IMG/VR virus record: IMGVR_UViG_2778261105_000002
Coordinates: 1-6,838 of that record
Reading direction: 5' to 3' (one strand)
DNA from: a virus
Lineage: Duplodnaviria; Heunggongvirae; Uroviricota; Caudoviricetes
Length of the DNA stretch: 6,838 nucleotides
Made by a program: the position numbers and the translations under genes. The notes beneath the pieces were generated by a model. The model did no database searches. It had not been told where the DNA came from and worked only from the letters and a program-made list of their open reading frames with translations. Below, piece after piece: positions 6,000-6,838 of the stretch (positions within the stretch are counted from its first letter, which is position 1; each line of letters begins with the position of its first letter).

Positions 6000-6716
6000 T
6001 TATCCGGCGGCTGCGCTCACTGTCACGGTGCATTCAACAGACGTCACACTCTGTGCTTTCTCTGCCGAATCGGTCACCACGCAGGTATATTTCCCCGCAT
6101 CGGCGGACTGCGCACCTGGCTTACTGAAGGTGTCTGTCGTCTGCCCGTCAACCGGCTGACCATCCTTCTTCCAGGCGTATTTATACGGCGGCGTTCCCCC
6201 GTTGGCACTGACTGACATTGTCAGCAGCGCACCGGTATTCACGGTAAGTGTCTTATCCAGATTTTTCACAAACGCCAGCGGTACCACAAAGGACACCGGT
6301 TTGCCTTTCAGACGCAGTGAGAACGTTGCAGCCACCACGCCGTTGGTACCGGATGACCAGGTGTGCTGGCGCACTTCCGCCAGGAATTTAAAGCCCTTAC
6401 CGGACGGAAACAGCACCTTAAACGCATACAACGCGTCATTGTCATAGGCATCACGCAGGGCGTTCTGGGCCTGATTCAGATAAAAATTACCCGACATGGA
6501 AATCTCAGACGACGCCCCCAGACCGTTGATATTCTCCTGCTCTGTGGAGCAGAGCGTGGTCACATCAATATCCTGTTTCTGACCGGCGGTGAACTGGACT
6601 TCCTTGATGGTGCAGTCCAGGCGCAGATATTCCGCCTTATCCATAGTTTCAGCAGTCGCCGGGGCAGATGAAATCATCACCTGCGTCAGCTGTGAGCGTT
6701 CATACAAAGCAGACAT
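6000..6716 (-). CDS. V: Major tail (tube) protein V-like with a C-terminal Ig-like domain, about 238 aa
   Basis: First gene of the V-G-GT-H-M series on this strand. ATG at 6716..6714 (MSALYERSQ...) is preceded by AGGAGG with a 4-nt spacer. The C-terminal ~70 aa (...GGTPPYKYAWKKDGQPVDGQTTDTFSKPGAQSADAGKYTCVVTDSAEKAQSVTSVECTVTVS) looks like an Ig-like fold (W...Y.C pattern), as found on lambda gpV. The track's longer ORF to 6830 would read through the SD and an upstream hairpin. Confidence 0.8.
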   Translation of the reverse strand: MSALYERSQLTQVMISSAPATAETMDKAEYLRLDCTIKEVQFTAGQKQDIDVTTLCSTEQENINGLGASSEISMSGNFYLNQAQNALRDAYDNDALYAFKVLFPSGKGFKFLAEVRQHTWSSGTNGVVAATFSLRLKGKPVSFVVPLAFVKNLDKTLTVNTGALLTMSVSANGGTPPYKYAWKKDGQPVDGQTTDTFSKPGAQSADAGKYTCVVTDSAEKAQSVTSVECTVTVSAAAG

Positions 6717-6732
6717 TCTGCCTCCTGATAAT

Positions 6733-6753
6733 AAAAAACCCGCACGCGGCGGG
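6733..6753 (-). terminator. Terminator-like GC hairpin plus U6 immediately upstream of the V ribosome-binding site
   Basis: Minus-strand RNA CCCGC-CGCGU-GCGGG followed by UUUUUU (6738..6733), then AUUAUC-AGGAGG-CAGA-AUG. The stem is only 5 bp but all GC. Confidence 0.4.
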
Positions 6754-6838
6754 GTATGGGTGTAAGCGTAAACTGACCGCCGTATGTAGCCATCAGACGA
6801 GAATTGGTAACTTAGACGCCCATCTGACACAGACGGAC

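Noticed and set aside
5986-6033. Longer G start at ATG 6033 (140-aa version)
   Set aside because: It would overlap the V 3' end by 34 nt and lacks an SD, whereas ATG 5985 has AGGGGA 9 nt upstream. Not excluded, just less likely.
6717-6830. N-terminal extension of the V ORF to a GTG at 6830 (276-aa version in the track)
   Set aside because: The extension would translate through the AGGAGG Shine-Dalgarno and the GC hairpin/U6 element; the ATG at 6716 with SD gives a protein of lambda-gpV-like size.
6756-6838. Possible 3' end of an upstream gene (gpU-like tail terminator protein) at the window edge
   Set aside because: Only about 8-15 codons would be in the window and the frame cannot be chosen, so it is too little to call a feature.
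1-6838. CRISPR arrays, tRNA/rRNA genes, IS elements, integrase or attachment sites
   Set aside because: No tandem direct repeats with spacers, no tRNA-like cloverleaf candidates, and no transposase- or integrase-like ORF; the window is fully explained by tail genes plus the porin cassette.

Overview
This window is a lambda-like siphovirus (probably prophage) tail-morphogenesis block with every credible gene on the minus strand. Read 5'->3' on that strand the order is: major tail protein V (6716..6000), tail assembly chaperone G (5985..5611) with a -1 frameshifted G-T extension (slippery A_AAA_AAG at 5620..5614, T frame to 5306), tape measure protein H (5258..2016, 1080 aa), minor tail protein M (2023..1682, GTG start), then the first 39 codons of minor tail protein L (119..1). 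Between M and L, where lambda has these genes adjacent, sits a ~1.55 kb cassette carrying a complete OmpC/OmpF/PhoE-family general porin gene (1483..329). The cassette has its own AT-rich upstream region with an OmpR-box-like motif, a ~170-nt 3' region holding three consecutive hairpins, and a strong intrinsic terminator that directly abuts the L start. That is the classic 'moron' architecture, but inside the tail operon rather than at the Q-S late-promoter position where I recall the phage porin genes lc/nmpC. The most interesting hypothesis is that the structured 3' region is an IpeX-like porin-regulating small RNA. No tRNA, rRNA, CRISPR array, transposase or integrase is visible. All family assignments come from reading the translated ORFs against remembered protein sequences; no database search was run.
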